Sequence record: NC_041972.1
Length of the DNA stretch: 64,000 bases
Strand: one strand, 5' to 3'
The position numbers and the translations under genes were made by a program. The notes below the pieces were generated by a model, which searched no databases, was not told the DNA's origin, and worked only from the letters and a program-made list of their open reading frames with translations. Below are positions 1 to 10,300 of the stretch, in pieces. How positions within the stretch are numbered: position 1 is the first letter of the stretch; the number at the start of each line of letters is the position of its first letter.

Positions 1-3000
1 CGGCTGCCAGGGTGGGGAAACGGTTAGGCCAGAGCTTCATCAGAGTCTCTGCTTTATAACGCAGGTTCTCTTCGAGCTTGCTAAAGCCTCCGGACTCCAG
101 GTGGGTCTGGGCCAAGAGCATGGCGAGTTCTTGTTTATCCGTAATGCCGGACTTCATGGCTTCACGAATCAAGATACGCGCACCCTCTTCAGCACCTGGA
201 CCTAACTTAATCGGCCCAACCTTCCCGGTGTTGTCAATCCCCCCACCTGCACCTGCCGCACCACCTGCCGCACCGCCACCATAGGCTGTCTCGATACGTC
301 CCGTTTCCGGGTTGTATGTTGTTACCTGACGCTGAGAGGTATAGACTTGACCGGTGCTCGTCTTCACTTGGTTGTTCACCATGTTACCGGACGAGTCCTT
401 ACGCCAATCTTTCTCAGTAGTGCCATCGGCCCGTTGTTGCACACCGCCTTTTACCGCTTCGGCAGAATACTGCGCTTGTTTGACTTGTGCCTTCAGGTTA
501 TTCAGGTGGTTTTGAACAACAGAGGCATCGTCATTAAGTTCACCGGTTGACCACGGCGAGGTCTTAATGGTCCAAACAGAGATCGCATTCACGCCATCGC
601 TGTATTTGGCATTGGTCATCGCTGTCGCTGCAGCGAACTTCAACTCCGGTGGCATCTTCGGCACAGCAAGCGTCGGTCGGCTGTCTCCAGTCTGGGTATA
701 GACCGTGCTGGCAAACGCTAAGTACGCCGGTAAGAAGCGACGAGTAAACCACGGCTCCCATGACTTGTAAGACCACTGGTTGGATGGACTCAAACCAAAG
801 CTTGCAGCAACAACCCGGTAGATGTCTGAGGCTTTACCGTCAAACGTCGCACCGTTATCTGCAAACTTGATCTTGTTCGCCATCACCAGTTCCAACTGCA
901 GGAGTGTCGACACACGATCAACATCCAACGTTGGCAGGCCATACACTTTCATCCGCAGCGCAGTGAGGTCATCCATCGCCTGACCGGCTTTAGGTAGCAA
1001 GCCACCTAAGAGATCCCCGGCACTGACCACAGTACGATCACCGGTAAACCACGACGACTCTTTATGACCAACCGTTTTCAGCTCAGGGATATCGCCATTT
1101 GGGTTAATGGCTTTGACCATGTCACTGCTGAGTTCACGACTGGAGGCAACCTTATCCATCCCGGTTGCAAAGACCGACGCTGATTTCCCTGTGGTCATCT
1201 TCTGAGCTTTGTTGCGCAGACGATCCAGCACATCTTTTACCAGCGCTTCGGTCTGTTTGCGATCGGTTGCATTCAGATCCGGGAAGATACGGCCGGTAAA
1301 CATGTACGGGTGATCAGATGACTCATCGAACTGCTGTGCACGTTTGGCGATCTCGTACTTCGCCGCTTCATCCGTCGACTTATCCAGATCCATGAAGGCC
1401 TGGCTTGGCAGGACTTGTTTCGCCACGGCTTTGTGGGTCAGGTAAACCGGCTTGAAGCGATGCAGGAACCAACCCGCGAATTGCTCCACTTGATCACGGT
1501 CATTCGGGTCATCAACAAACAATGAACCGAGTTGTGCGATTGGGGCTTTCGGGTCGAGTGAGGCATAGCCATCATCGGTGGTTTTGACATACGGCTCTAA
1601 CGCTGCTTCCAACTTCAGGATGGCCGAGACATGACTGGAGTCATTATCCGGAACACCATACTGACGCAGACGCATCTGCTGCAGTAAACCCGGGTCATTA
1701 AACCAGGTGTATAAAGAACGACCGATAGCACCGCCCCCTAATGCACCAATGGCCCCGCCCGCAATAGCACCGATGGCTGTACCGACAACTGGTACGACTG
1801 AACCGATAGCCGCACCCATCGCCGCACCACCCAGGATACCGCCAACACCGGAGCCAGCGGCTTCTGCCACACCTGCGTTGTCACCTGACTTGTACGAATC
1901 CCACGCTTCCAGTGCTGAGACCCCGGCTGTGACAATCCCGCCACCTTTAACCAATAGTTTCAGGTTACCGGCAACACCACGGCCCAGCATACCGCCTGTA
2001 CGACCAACGATACCTCGGCCGAGACCACGGACACCACGGGCAGCTTTGCCGGCTAAACGACGGATCAATCCACCACGTGGACGAGGACCGCCGCCTCCGC
2101 CAGCACCACCGCGGTTACGACGACCACCCCGACGCCTGCGACGCCTGCGACCGCCATCCTCTTCACCACCGTCATCATCATCACCGAGCGCATCGCTGAG
2201 TTCATCCATGACACCTTTGCCGCCGGAGATAACACTACCGATCCCTTTGACAATATCGCCGATCCAACCCAGTCCTAAGAACTTGGCCAGCCCACCGAGG
2301 ATACCGAACTCCTTGATACCGGAGACCAGACCAGTAACGGAGGAGAACAACCCTGCCACCAATCCAAACAGTGTAGTCGGTTTCTCCTTGTCTTTAGCAT
2401 GGTCATCAGAGTCATGTGCGTGTTGGGCTTCTTCACGTTCTTTCTTCTGTTGAGCACGGCGACGAATCAGATCAGCAACCGAGTTATTACGTACACCATC
2501 ATGATCCGGGTCACTGGCATCTTCCCGTTTCTTATCACGCAACATCCGCCATAAGCCACGAGTCGCTTTGAAGCCTAATACTGCCGGCATGACAGTAGTC
2601 CACTTCGCAACGGTCAAGACAGGGCTGTTAATATTCGGTAAGCTTTTGAAGACTTTACGAATCAACCCAGATGACTTGCCTTGGTTACTCATCCGACCCG
2701 ACAGTTTACGCAACCAACCCTGACGCTCATTCACCGAATCCTTCATAATGTCAGGATCACCGGTCACTTGCGCAATGGTGGCATCTTTGGTCGCTGTTAC
2801 GCTATCACGCACAGAAGCCAGGACACCGATGGTTTCACGCAGCAAGGCATTGTTATCAAGTTGGGCCTGTACAATCGCTGCCGTCTCTGATGCACTGCCT
2901 GTATCCGGGGCAGTAATCCCTTCAGAAGGTAAGCGAGTGCGTGAAGCCCGATCCGCCGTACCGTCATTGAACACACCAGATGAGCGTACGACTTCTGCTT

Positions 3001-5677
3001 CCTGAGCAATCTCTGAAGCCGCCTCTTCTACAGCTTGACGACCAAAGCGACGTTGCAGTTCGGTGGTGGCATTACGCAACGCTTCCTTGCCACCGGATGC
3101 AGCATTCAACAGCGCTTGTTTCACCGCACTGGTGTCCGGACGGACTGAGCTGATCTTGCCAAACAAGTTACTGGCACTCTCACCCATGTTACGCAATGAA
3201 TCACCCAGACCGCCACTACCGCCTGCAGCGCCTGCCGCACCCGCACCACCAAAGCCGTTTACTCGATCGCGCAGACTTTGGCCAAGACTGTTATCCAAAC
3301 GACGAGCAATACGATTAACAGCAGCCTCCCCATATCGCGCACGAAGCTGCTGAAGCACCACTTGATAATATTCCGGACTGTTAGCTCGGGCTTGGGAAAG
3401 TTGTGCACGGACCTCCTCCTCTTGTTCACGGGTGAGTCGACCCCGCAGGTTACCCAGACTGTCTGTTACGCCACGACGCAGGTTATCCAGCGTCTCACGC
3501 CCCATCTCGCCGAGTTCTGCTCCAGGGTTAACATTACTGCCCCGTTCATTGGAATCTTCCCCTTCACGATCAGGACGATAGTTCGGGTTAGCAATGAACT
3601 TCTGCATCATCTCCCAGTACATCTCGTGATTAAAGACATCCTGGCCATTAACCCGTTTGATGACACCCATGTCTTTGAGCTGTGCCCGACTACCACTGTT
3701 GGCCATGGTATTCAGTGACTGCTCGACATTCGGCATATACTGCGACTGGGCCTGCATAACGTTAGACAGGTTGTTACGCATCTGTGCCAGTTCGGGTGCA
3801 TCGCCAATCTGATAATCACCAAAGGCTTTGGCCCGCCCGGTTGCTTCCCGAGTGTCGAAACGTTTGTGCAAGAACTCATTGATCTCCTGCACGGCTTCTT
3901 TATTGGCATTACCCCAACCACTGGACTTCAAGTAGGTGTTGACGTTGAAGCCATCACCCGCTTCAGCATCCCGGGCAAAACGCATCGCTAATGCCACACG
4001 GGCATTGGGTGAGAGTTCCTGATCGGGGTCGAGGGTTTCCACCATGGTGTTGAAGGAACCTGCGGCCGAGGAGAACTCATTGCGATTAAAGATCGACGAA
4101 CGCAGATCGACGTTCGCCCGTTTCTTGGAAGTGAAGCCACCCTGGATGTGGTTGAAGTGCACTTCCGACACCGACCCGACATCTGCTTCCAGTTTATTGG
4201 CAATCGCCGTTTGCTGGGCCAGTTGTTTAGTCAGTAAGCCTGGAATCACTTCCACCAATGAACGCCGTGACATCTGATCCCAAACAGCCGGTTCAGTCAG
4301 GTCTTTCACGCCAGGGTTGTGCAACCGAGTACGGTTACCCATGGAGGCCGGCAATTGAAAGAGGGCGTTATTCAGGAAGGGGTTGACGACGCGCTTTTGT
4401 AACCGCGTGTGCCATTTATTCCCCTCGGCATTCGGATCGAAGTTCTCATCAAACGACTGACGGTTACGTAACCAACCATTGATCAGACCCGGTGCCGCAT
4501 TTGAGTAATAGCTTAAGTCATGACCCATGCGGTTCAGACCCGGGTTACGCGACAGTGCAGGACGGGCTAAAGAGGAAAGCATCATCGGCAACATACCGAC
4601 CAGTCCTTGACCCGCCATCTGTCCGTAGTCACGGGCGCCAAGCGAACGCCCCATCATGCGGGCCTGTTGTGCACCCATCATGGCAGCACGGGCGGCAGCA
4701 ATGCCGCCCGAAGCGCGGTGGTTCATATCCTGGCTACGCTGATCCACCATGTTAAAGACATTGTCAAACAGACGGTTACCAAATTGCGAGACCGTACCAC
4801 CTAACCCACCCAGTGCACGTTTACGAATCAACTCACGGGCCGAGGCAGAATGACTCATCTTTTCGAAGTCAGTTAAGCCGGTATTTTTCACCAGACTTGA
4901 CATGGCGTCCAGACTGCGTTTGTAGAAACGTTCTTGCATCTTGCCAATTGACAACTGCAGTTTATACGAACGGTACTGGAGCTCTAATGACTTGCGCTGG
5001 TAGTTGGCAGTGAACTGCTCATTAAAGCCAACGGTACGGGCTGTGAGGCGATGGATGCCTTGCATGAAGGCCAGACTGTCTGCAGAGACGCTCGCTTGTC
5101 TGGTGGCGACTGCGGCGGTCTGTGCCATGCTCTCTTTATGCAGGGCCACAGCCAGCTGACTCGACTGCAGCGTAGCCTGCTGCATCATGGTGACGTAGTC
5201 ATCGTTCTCGTTACCGGTTGAGCCGTCGTCCAGACCGGGATCGGCAGGTTTGGTGCTGGAGACCGAATAATCGATGTCTTTATTCTCAGCCCAGACTTCA
5301 ATTTGCTTTAAGACCTTCTCCGGCAATTTCCCACCGTACATCGATAATGCATCGAGGGTTAGGTCTTTGATGTCATTGACAGAGTTACGGGTATTACTTT
5401 TAACTTTATCGTATAGGTCATCTTTGAATCTTGCTGCGCGATCTTTTGCATCAAACGCAGGCGAAAACGATGCGGGTAACAAAGAGCGAATGATACGCTG
5501 AGGAGTGCCTTTAGTGAACACTTCCTCTTTGGCACCAGTCCAAAGGCCTGCGGCGAACTCACGAATCGCCCCGCCTTTACCCTTCTTCTTCGTACTTGCA
5601 TCGTCACCGAAATCGAAGTCAAAGTCCAGGTCAAGGTCACCCAGATCTTCGTACTCGACTTTGACATTCTCGGCCAT
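1..5677 (-). CDS. Giant tail tape-measure-like virion protein with GH19-like muralytic domain (phiKZ gp181 position); C-terminus runs off the window
   Basis: ATG at 5677 with AAGGTG SD; starts MAENVKVEYEDLGDLDLDFDFDFGDD. The minus frame has no stops where I translated it by hand (2-290, 1680-2290, 5560-5677). It is absent from the ORF track, presumably because no stop falls in the window. Contains a Gly-rich hydrophobic segment and, near the edge, AMLLAQTHLESGGFSKLEENLRY (GH19-like). Divergent from the vRNAP genes, as in phiKZ-like phages. Confidence 0.85.
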   Translation of the reverse strand, partial: MAENVKVEYEDLGDLDLDFDFDFGDDASTKKKGKGGAIREFAAGLWTGAKEEVFTKGTPQRIIRSLLPASFSPAFDAKDRAARFKDDLYDKVKSNTRNSVNDIKDLTLDALSMYGGKLPEKVLKQIEVWAENKDIDYSVSSTKPADPGLDDGSTGNENDDYVTMMQQATLQSSQLAVALHKESMAQTAAVATRQASVSADSLAFMQGIHRLTARTVGFNEQFTANYQRKSLELQYRSYKLQLSIGKMQERFYKRSLDAMSSLVKNTGLTDFEKMSHSASARELIRKRALGGLGGTVSQFGNRLFDNVFNMVDQRSQDMNHRASGGIAAARAAMMGAQQARMMGRSLGARDYGQMAGQGLVGMLPMMLSSLARPALSRNPGLNRMGHDLSYYSNAAPGLINGWLRNRQSFDENFDPNAEGNKWHTRLQKRVVNPFLNNALFQLPASMGNRTRLHNPGVKDLTEPAVWDQMSRRSLVEVIPGLLTKQLAQQTAIANKLEADVGSVSEVHFNHIQGGFTSKKRANVDLRSSIFNRNEFSSAAGSFNTMVETLDPDQELSPNARVALAMRFARDAEAGDGFNVNTYLKSSGWGNANKEAVQEINEFLHKRFDTREATGRAKAFGDYQIGDAPELAQMRNNLSNVMQAQSQYMPNVEQSLNTMANSGSRAQLKDMGVIKRVNGQDVFNHEMYWEMMQKFIANPNYRPDREGEDSNERGSNVNPGAELGEMGRETLDNLRRGVTDSLGNLRGRLTREQEEEVRAQLSQARANSPEYYQVVLQQLRARYGEAAVNRIARRLDNSLGQSLRDRVNGFGGAGAAGAAGGSGGLGDSLRNMGESASNLFGKISSVRPDTSAVKQALLNAASGGKEALRNATTELQRRFGRQAVEEAASEIAQEAEVVRSSGVFNDGTADRASRTRLPSEGITAPDTGSASETAAIVQAQLDNNALLRETIGVLASVRDSVTATKDATIAQVTGDPDIMKDSVNERQGWLRKLSGRMSNQGKSSGLIRKVFKSLPNINSPVLTVAKWTTVMPAVLGFKATRGLWRMLRDKKREDASDPDHDGVRNNSVADLIRRRAQQKKEREEAQHAHDSDDHAKDKEKPTTLFGLVAGLFSSVTGLVSGIKEFGILGGLAKFLGLGWIGDIVKGIGSVISGGKGVMDELSDALGDDDDGGEEDGGRRRRRRRGGRRNRGGAGGGGGPRPRGGLIRRLAGKAARGVRGLGRGIVGRTGGMLGRGVAGNLKLLVKGGGIVTAGVSALEAWDSYKSGDNAGVAEAAGSGVGGILGGAAMGAAIGSVVPVVGTAIGAIAGGAIGALGGGAIGRSLYTWFNDPGLLQQMRLRQYGVPDNDSSHVSAILKLEAALEPYVKTTDDGYASLDPKAPIAQLGSLFVDDPNDRDQVEQFAGWFLHRFKPVYLTHKAVAKQVLPSQAFMDLDKSTDEAAKYEIAKRAQQFDESSDHPYMFTGRIFPDLNATDRKQTEALVKDVLDRLRNKAQKMTTGKSASVFATGMDKVASSRELSSDMVKAINPNGDIPELKTVGHKESSWFTGDRTVVSAGDLLGGLLPKAGQAMDDLTALRMKVYGLPTLDVDRVSTLLQLELVMANKIKFADNGATFDGKASDIYRVVAASFGLSPSNQWSYKSWEPWFTRRFLPAYLAFASTVYTQTGDSRPTLAVPKMPPELKFAAATAMTNAKYSDGVNAISVWTIKTSPWSTGELNDDASVVQNHLNNLKAQVKQAQYSAEAVKGGVQQRADGTTEKDWRKDSSGNMVNNQVKTSTGQVYTSQRQVTTYNPETGRIETAYGGGAAGGAAGAGGGIDNTGKVGPIKLGPGAEEGARILIREAMKSGITDKQELAMLLAQTHLESGGFSKLEENLRYKAETLMKLWPNRFPTLAA

Positions 5678-5719
5678 GTTAACACCTTTATCAAGTTGCT
5701 GCTAAAAGGATCACTCATC

Positions 5720-7336
5720 ATGCGGTCAGCATTACTACCTTTTAACATTAAGATTACTGACTCCAAGCAGATCCCCTGGAGAATGATGCGACCCGTTACG
5801 TCGCTCGATATTTACGACGGCCTAACCACTGAGCTGAACGATAACGGTCTGTACTCAATTCCCATTTTTGGACGCGTTGGATCGGAAGAACGTGATGAGC
5901 GATTTAGCTACATCCACATCAAGTGCGCCGTGTTCCATCCTGATATCTTCCGGGCACTGACTGCATTAAAGCAGATGTACGCAGGGATTCTCTCCGGTAA
6001 CGTGTACGCGACATGGAGCGAGGAAGAGAAGGACTTCATAAAATCTACCCCGCTTGATGGCGACACCGGTTTTTCCTTCTTTGTTAAACATTGGAAAAGC
6101 ATAGAATTTAAGCAGACTGGCTCGCCGGCCCGTAGCGACAAGATCGCCCTGGTCGAGAAGTTCAAGGATGTGGCCCTCTATCGTAACATCCTGGTCTCAC
6201 CAGCAGGTATCCGTGAAATCCAGATTGATGAGCGCGGGCGCACCATCGAGAACGAAGTCAACTCCCTGTACCGTAAGTTATTGTCAGCCGCGAACACCAT
6301 CACTGATGATCCTTCTGCCGCCGATACCTCACTGTATGACTCGGTGCGTTGGTCATTACAGAACCGCTTCAATGAGATCTACAAAAGTTACGCGGACATG
6401 CTGGAAGGTAAACGCGGGATCTTACAACAGAAGTGGGGTCGTCGTCGTATCTTCAACGGCACCCGAAACGTCATCACGGCCGCCCCTATCGGCACAGCCA
6501 CCCTCGGTGCGTTAAACTCCCCGCACATGAACGACACCCAGATCGGTCTGCATGAGCTGGCTCGTGGCGCATTGCCATTGACCATCCATGGTTTATTGAA
6601 TGGTTGGCTGAAGCATGTCTTTAATGACGGGGCGCGGATTCAGGTCATCAACCCGAAGACCCTGAAACAGGAGTCGGTGGAAGTCGACATCCCGACCGTC
6701 ACCAAGTGGACGACCCAGGAAGGCCTGGAGAAGCTTATCGCGGGCTTTAAAGATGTGACGTTGCGTAACAAGCCGATCACCATCCAAGGCCGCTACATCG
6801 GTCTGGTGTACGCTGACAACGATCATTTCCGGGTGTTCGGGGATATCGATGAATTACCTGCTTCGTTTAATCGCGAGCTGGTTCATCCGATGACCTACAC
6901 CGAGTTACTGTACCTGTGTTTGTACCAACGCTGGAACACTCTTTATATGCTGGTTACTCGTTACCCCATTACGGGTATGGGGTCGGTATATCAGACCAAA
7001 GCGTTTGTGCGCACAACCATCAAATCCAGCGTGAAGATCGAACTCGATGCCGAATGGAAACCCATTCCTGGCGCGTACGCTACCGCCTTCCCGATTCACG
7101 ATCGCTTTGCTGAGTTCATGGATTCGCTTTCAGTTCACCCCAGCCGCCTTGGCTTGCTCGGTGGTGACTACGACGGCGACACCATGTCAGCAACCATCCT
7201 GCTCGGTGACGATGTCCTGCGGGAATGTGCGATGTTGCTCTCACGGCGTGAATCGTACATTACCGGCCGCGGTGAGTTCTTGATCGATGTCACCAATGAA
7301 ACCTTGGACTTTACCCTCAAGGCGCTGACTTCTTAA
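5720..7336 (+). CDS. Virion RNA polymerase beta' subunit (catalytic fragment, phiKZ gp180-like)
   Basis: C-terminal LGGDYDGDTM (DxDGD Mg-binding motif), GRRRIFNGTRNVIT and N-terminal GLYSIPIFG beta'-like motifs. ATG at 5720 follows an AAGGA SD; the track starts at TTG 5696. Confidence 0.93.
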   Translation: MRSALLPFNIKITDSKQIPWRMMRPVTSLDIYDGLTTELNDNGLYSIPIFGRVGSEERDERFSYIHIKCAVFHPDIFRALTALKQMYAGILSGNVYATWSEEEKDFIKSTPLDGDTGFSFFVKHWKSIEFKQTGSPARSDKIALVEKFKDVALYRNILVSPAGIREIQIDERGRTIENEVNSLYRKLLSAANTITDDPSAADTSLYDSVRWSLQNRFNEIYKSYADMLEGKRGILQQKWGRRRIFNGTRNVITAAPIGTATLGALNSPHMNDTQIGLHELARGALPLTIHGLLNGWLKHVFNDGARIQVINPKTLKQESVEVDIPTVTKWTTQEGLEKLIAGFKDVTLRNKPITIQGRYIGLVYADNDHFRVFGDIDELPASFNRELVHPMTYTELLYLCLYQRWNTLYMLVTRYPITGMGSVYQTKAFVRTTIKSSVKIELDAEWKPIPGAYATAFPIHDRFAEFMDSLSVHPSRLGLLGGDYDGDTMSATILLGDDVLRECAMLLSRRESYITGRGEFLIDVTNETLDFTLKALTS

Positions 7337-7347
7337 TAAGGTGTCCC

Positions 7348-10300
7348 ATGATTCTTTATAATGCTTTCTTCCGTCGAACTGTAGTGCGCAAGAAAGAACA
7401 GATCTTTGGCCCGCGGTTCTTGCAACTGTCACAGTTTGAATTACCCCGTGGGTCATTGCTTCATTATATCCCAACGGATCTGACTGAACAGGGGATTGAG
7501 AACAACGACCTGTTGATCAACCGTTACAGTGATGACATCTATATCGACCACGTACCACAGATCCAAACGCCGTTGGGTAACCCGCAGCGTAAACCGATCT
7601 CCCTGATGCCTGCGATCAAGCGTTATCACAACACCCACCGTCGCTTTAAACTGGTGCGTAACATCAACTCTGTGATCCGCAACAAGCTGTACATGATCGT
7701 GGAGAACTACGCCATTGCTCAGCATCAGTTGGTGTATCGCCCGGCTATGTATTCCAACTACTACCGTTGGTACAACATGCAGTACACGGTGATGCACAAC
7801 ATGACCCGTCTGCAAGGTGAGTCAGATCGCAACCAGTTTGTCTATCTGCCGATTCCTGCTTCGCTGCCGCAGTTGGCCCAGCTGAAGATCTACGAAGAGC
7901 GTCTGTCCGCAGGTTTGGATAAAGTCAGTAATGGCACCGGGCTTGAGAACTTCGATGACCTCAGTGCCGAAGCGCGTATTGGTTACGCCATGGAAGCCAT
8001 GCTGGAATACCAGGACACGGCTGACCTGAGTCAACCAATGGCCCGTGACCAGGCGATGGCTTTCCAGACCCTGGTGATGAACGCCACCAATGACACGGTG
8101 AACCTGGCACAACGTATTCCCGGTTACTACAACGGCGATGCAGGCTCGGTGCTACGGGTTGGGATGGAAGCGTTGGGTGCGTATGCCTCAAAGGTGATGA
8201 ACTTCACCCCACAGCTGTCCATGGCGGTGATGAACCGTTTACGTACGCCGGCGGATTACTGGTTCATTCACTTCTGGATGTGGCTCGGTAATCAACGTGA
8301 AGCCTCGCTGTTCAGTATGCTTGACCACGACAAGCTCGATAAGATCCACTTAGTGCTGGGTAACGTTGGTGCATACTCAGTCATCCGTTTGGATATTCTC
8401 GATCAGTGGCGTACTGAGATCTTAAGCAAGACCTCAAACCCTGAAACCGCGGTGCAGAACTTCCGTAAGCATATCCTGAAGTTCTTGACCCGTCTGTTTG
8501 ATGTGAAGAACGGTAACGAACTGGTTATTGAACATCTTGATGATGGAGCGGATGCACATGAGGTCGGTGAAGAAGGCCAGGAGATTGCGCCGGAGCAGGG
8601 CAGTGTGGTTCCGCCAACAGCAGATACCGGACTATTCGGTACTGAGCTTCCAACCCTGGACGACCCCGCCCCTGTCGTTGCGTCTAGCACTAAGAAGGGA
8701 ACAAGTAAAGGAAAAGACATTGGTTCTGCTCTGAACGACGAAGAGCCGATCGATGCCGTGGACCTCTACGAAACCCGCACCTTAGCCGATGACATCGACG
8801 ACGATGAGTTTAACCACGACACCGAAAGCCGTCGGGGTGAAGCAGCAGCGTATACCGACACGAGCACTAATCCGGAAGACGGGGTGTTGCTCTACCTGGA
8901 ACGCCTGAGCGATGCCGGAGTGTTAACGGTTGCGGAATACAAACGTTTCCAGCAATTGGCCGTGGCGTATAAGAACATCCCGAACCCCGTGGGTGAAGGG
9001 ACGTTAGCCGACCTGATGATTATCGACCCGTCAAAGGTCACTGATCTCGGTGGTCTCGATGCCCCGGACTCAATCAGTATTATCGATAAGGGCTTACTCA
9101 AATCCTCCACCAAGGACTTTGATAAGAACTACATCAAGAACCTGATGGAAGCGGATATCCTCAATGCGGTGTTGTCGATTCAGAACTCCGGTGTGGCGAT
9201 CATCGATTACCAGCGGGAAGAGAAGAAAGACGCCCGCAACAGCTACGTGGTTTACAGCGTGCAGGTGCAGCCGGTTGGCGGTAAAGTCACCACCCTGCGT
9301 TTTCGTGTCCCGAAGCTGAACGAAGATGGCACCTCGGTGGTCAATGGCGTGAAATCCCGTCTGCGTAAACAACGTGTGGATATTCCGATTCGTAAAGTCT
9401 CTGCCAGCAAAGTCTCATTAACCAGTTACTACGGTAAACTGTTTATGGAGCGCTCTGAACTGTCGGTACACAACTACAGCGAATGGTTATCACGGCGTAT
9501 CAAAGCGCTGGCGATTGCGGATACCCCAGAGATCACCCGTCTGGTACTGGGTCGCTCCTTTGATCCGAAGGTACGCGTCCCTCACCTGTATGCGATTCTG
9601 GCCTCGCAGTTCAAAGGTTTCCAGTATCTCGATTACACCTTCAACTTTAACCGCCGGGAAATGGTGGCGGTGTTTGGCGAAGAGGTGATTGAGAAATACG
9701 CTGAGAACCGTTTCGTGGTCTGTGGCATGATCGAAGACAGTCCGCTGTTGATGGATGATAACGGCACGCTGTATCAAGCCAACAACGACGTGTTGTCAAA
9801 CCTGGGTGATTTCGAAACCTTAATTGGTCTGGATGTTTCCAAGGCGCCAATCGAAACTGTGGTGTTAGGCGTATTCCGTCAGAAGGTACCGATTGGAGTT
9901 ATCCTCGCGTACTACTACGGTCTGGGTGCGATGATTGAGCAGTTCAATCTGCAGGTGCGTACGGCTAACCGGGGTGAGCGTTATCAACTGACCAAAGATG
10001 AACGGGCGATCTTGTTCAACGATGAAGTGCTGATCTTTAACCGTACCGATCGTTTGGGTGCGATGTTACTGAACGGCTTTAACTCGTATGCCAAAGAAGT
10101 CAGTCGCTTCTCGCGGTATGACTTTGACCGTAAGTCGGTTTACCTGAATGTGCTCTCTTCTGCGGGTATGGGTGTGCGGTGGTTACGTGAGTTCGATCTG
10201 ATGCGTGAGATGTACATCGATCCGATCACGCGTGAAGAACTGCTGAAGATGAATGCGCCGGTGAAGTTTGATCTGCTGCTGGTTCATGGCACGAAGATGC

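Noticed and set aside
1707-2453. 248-aa Pro/Arg-rich plus-strand ORF and other plus-strand ORFs in 78-5705
   Set aside because: Antisense shadows of the Gly-rich minus-strand tape-measure gene; no SD, and the composition mirrors the antisense codons.
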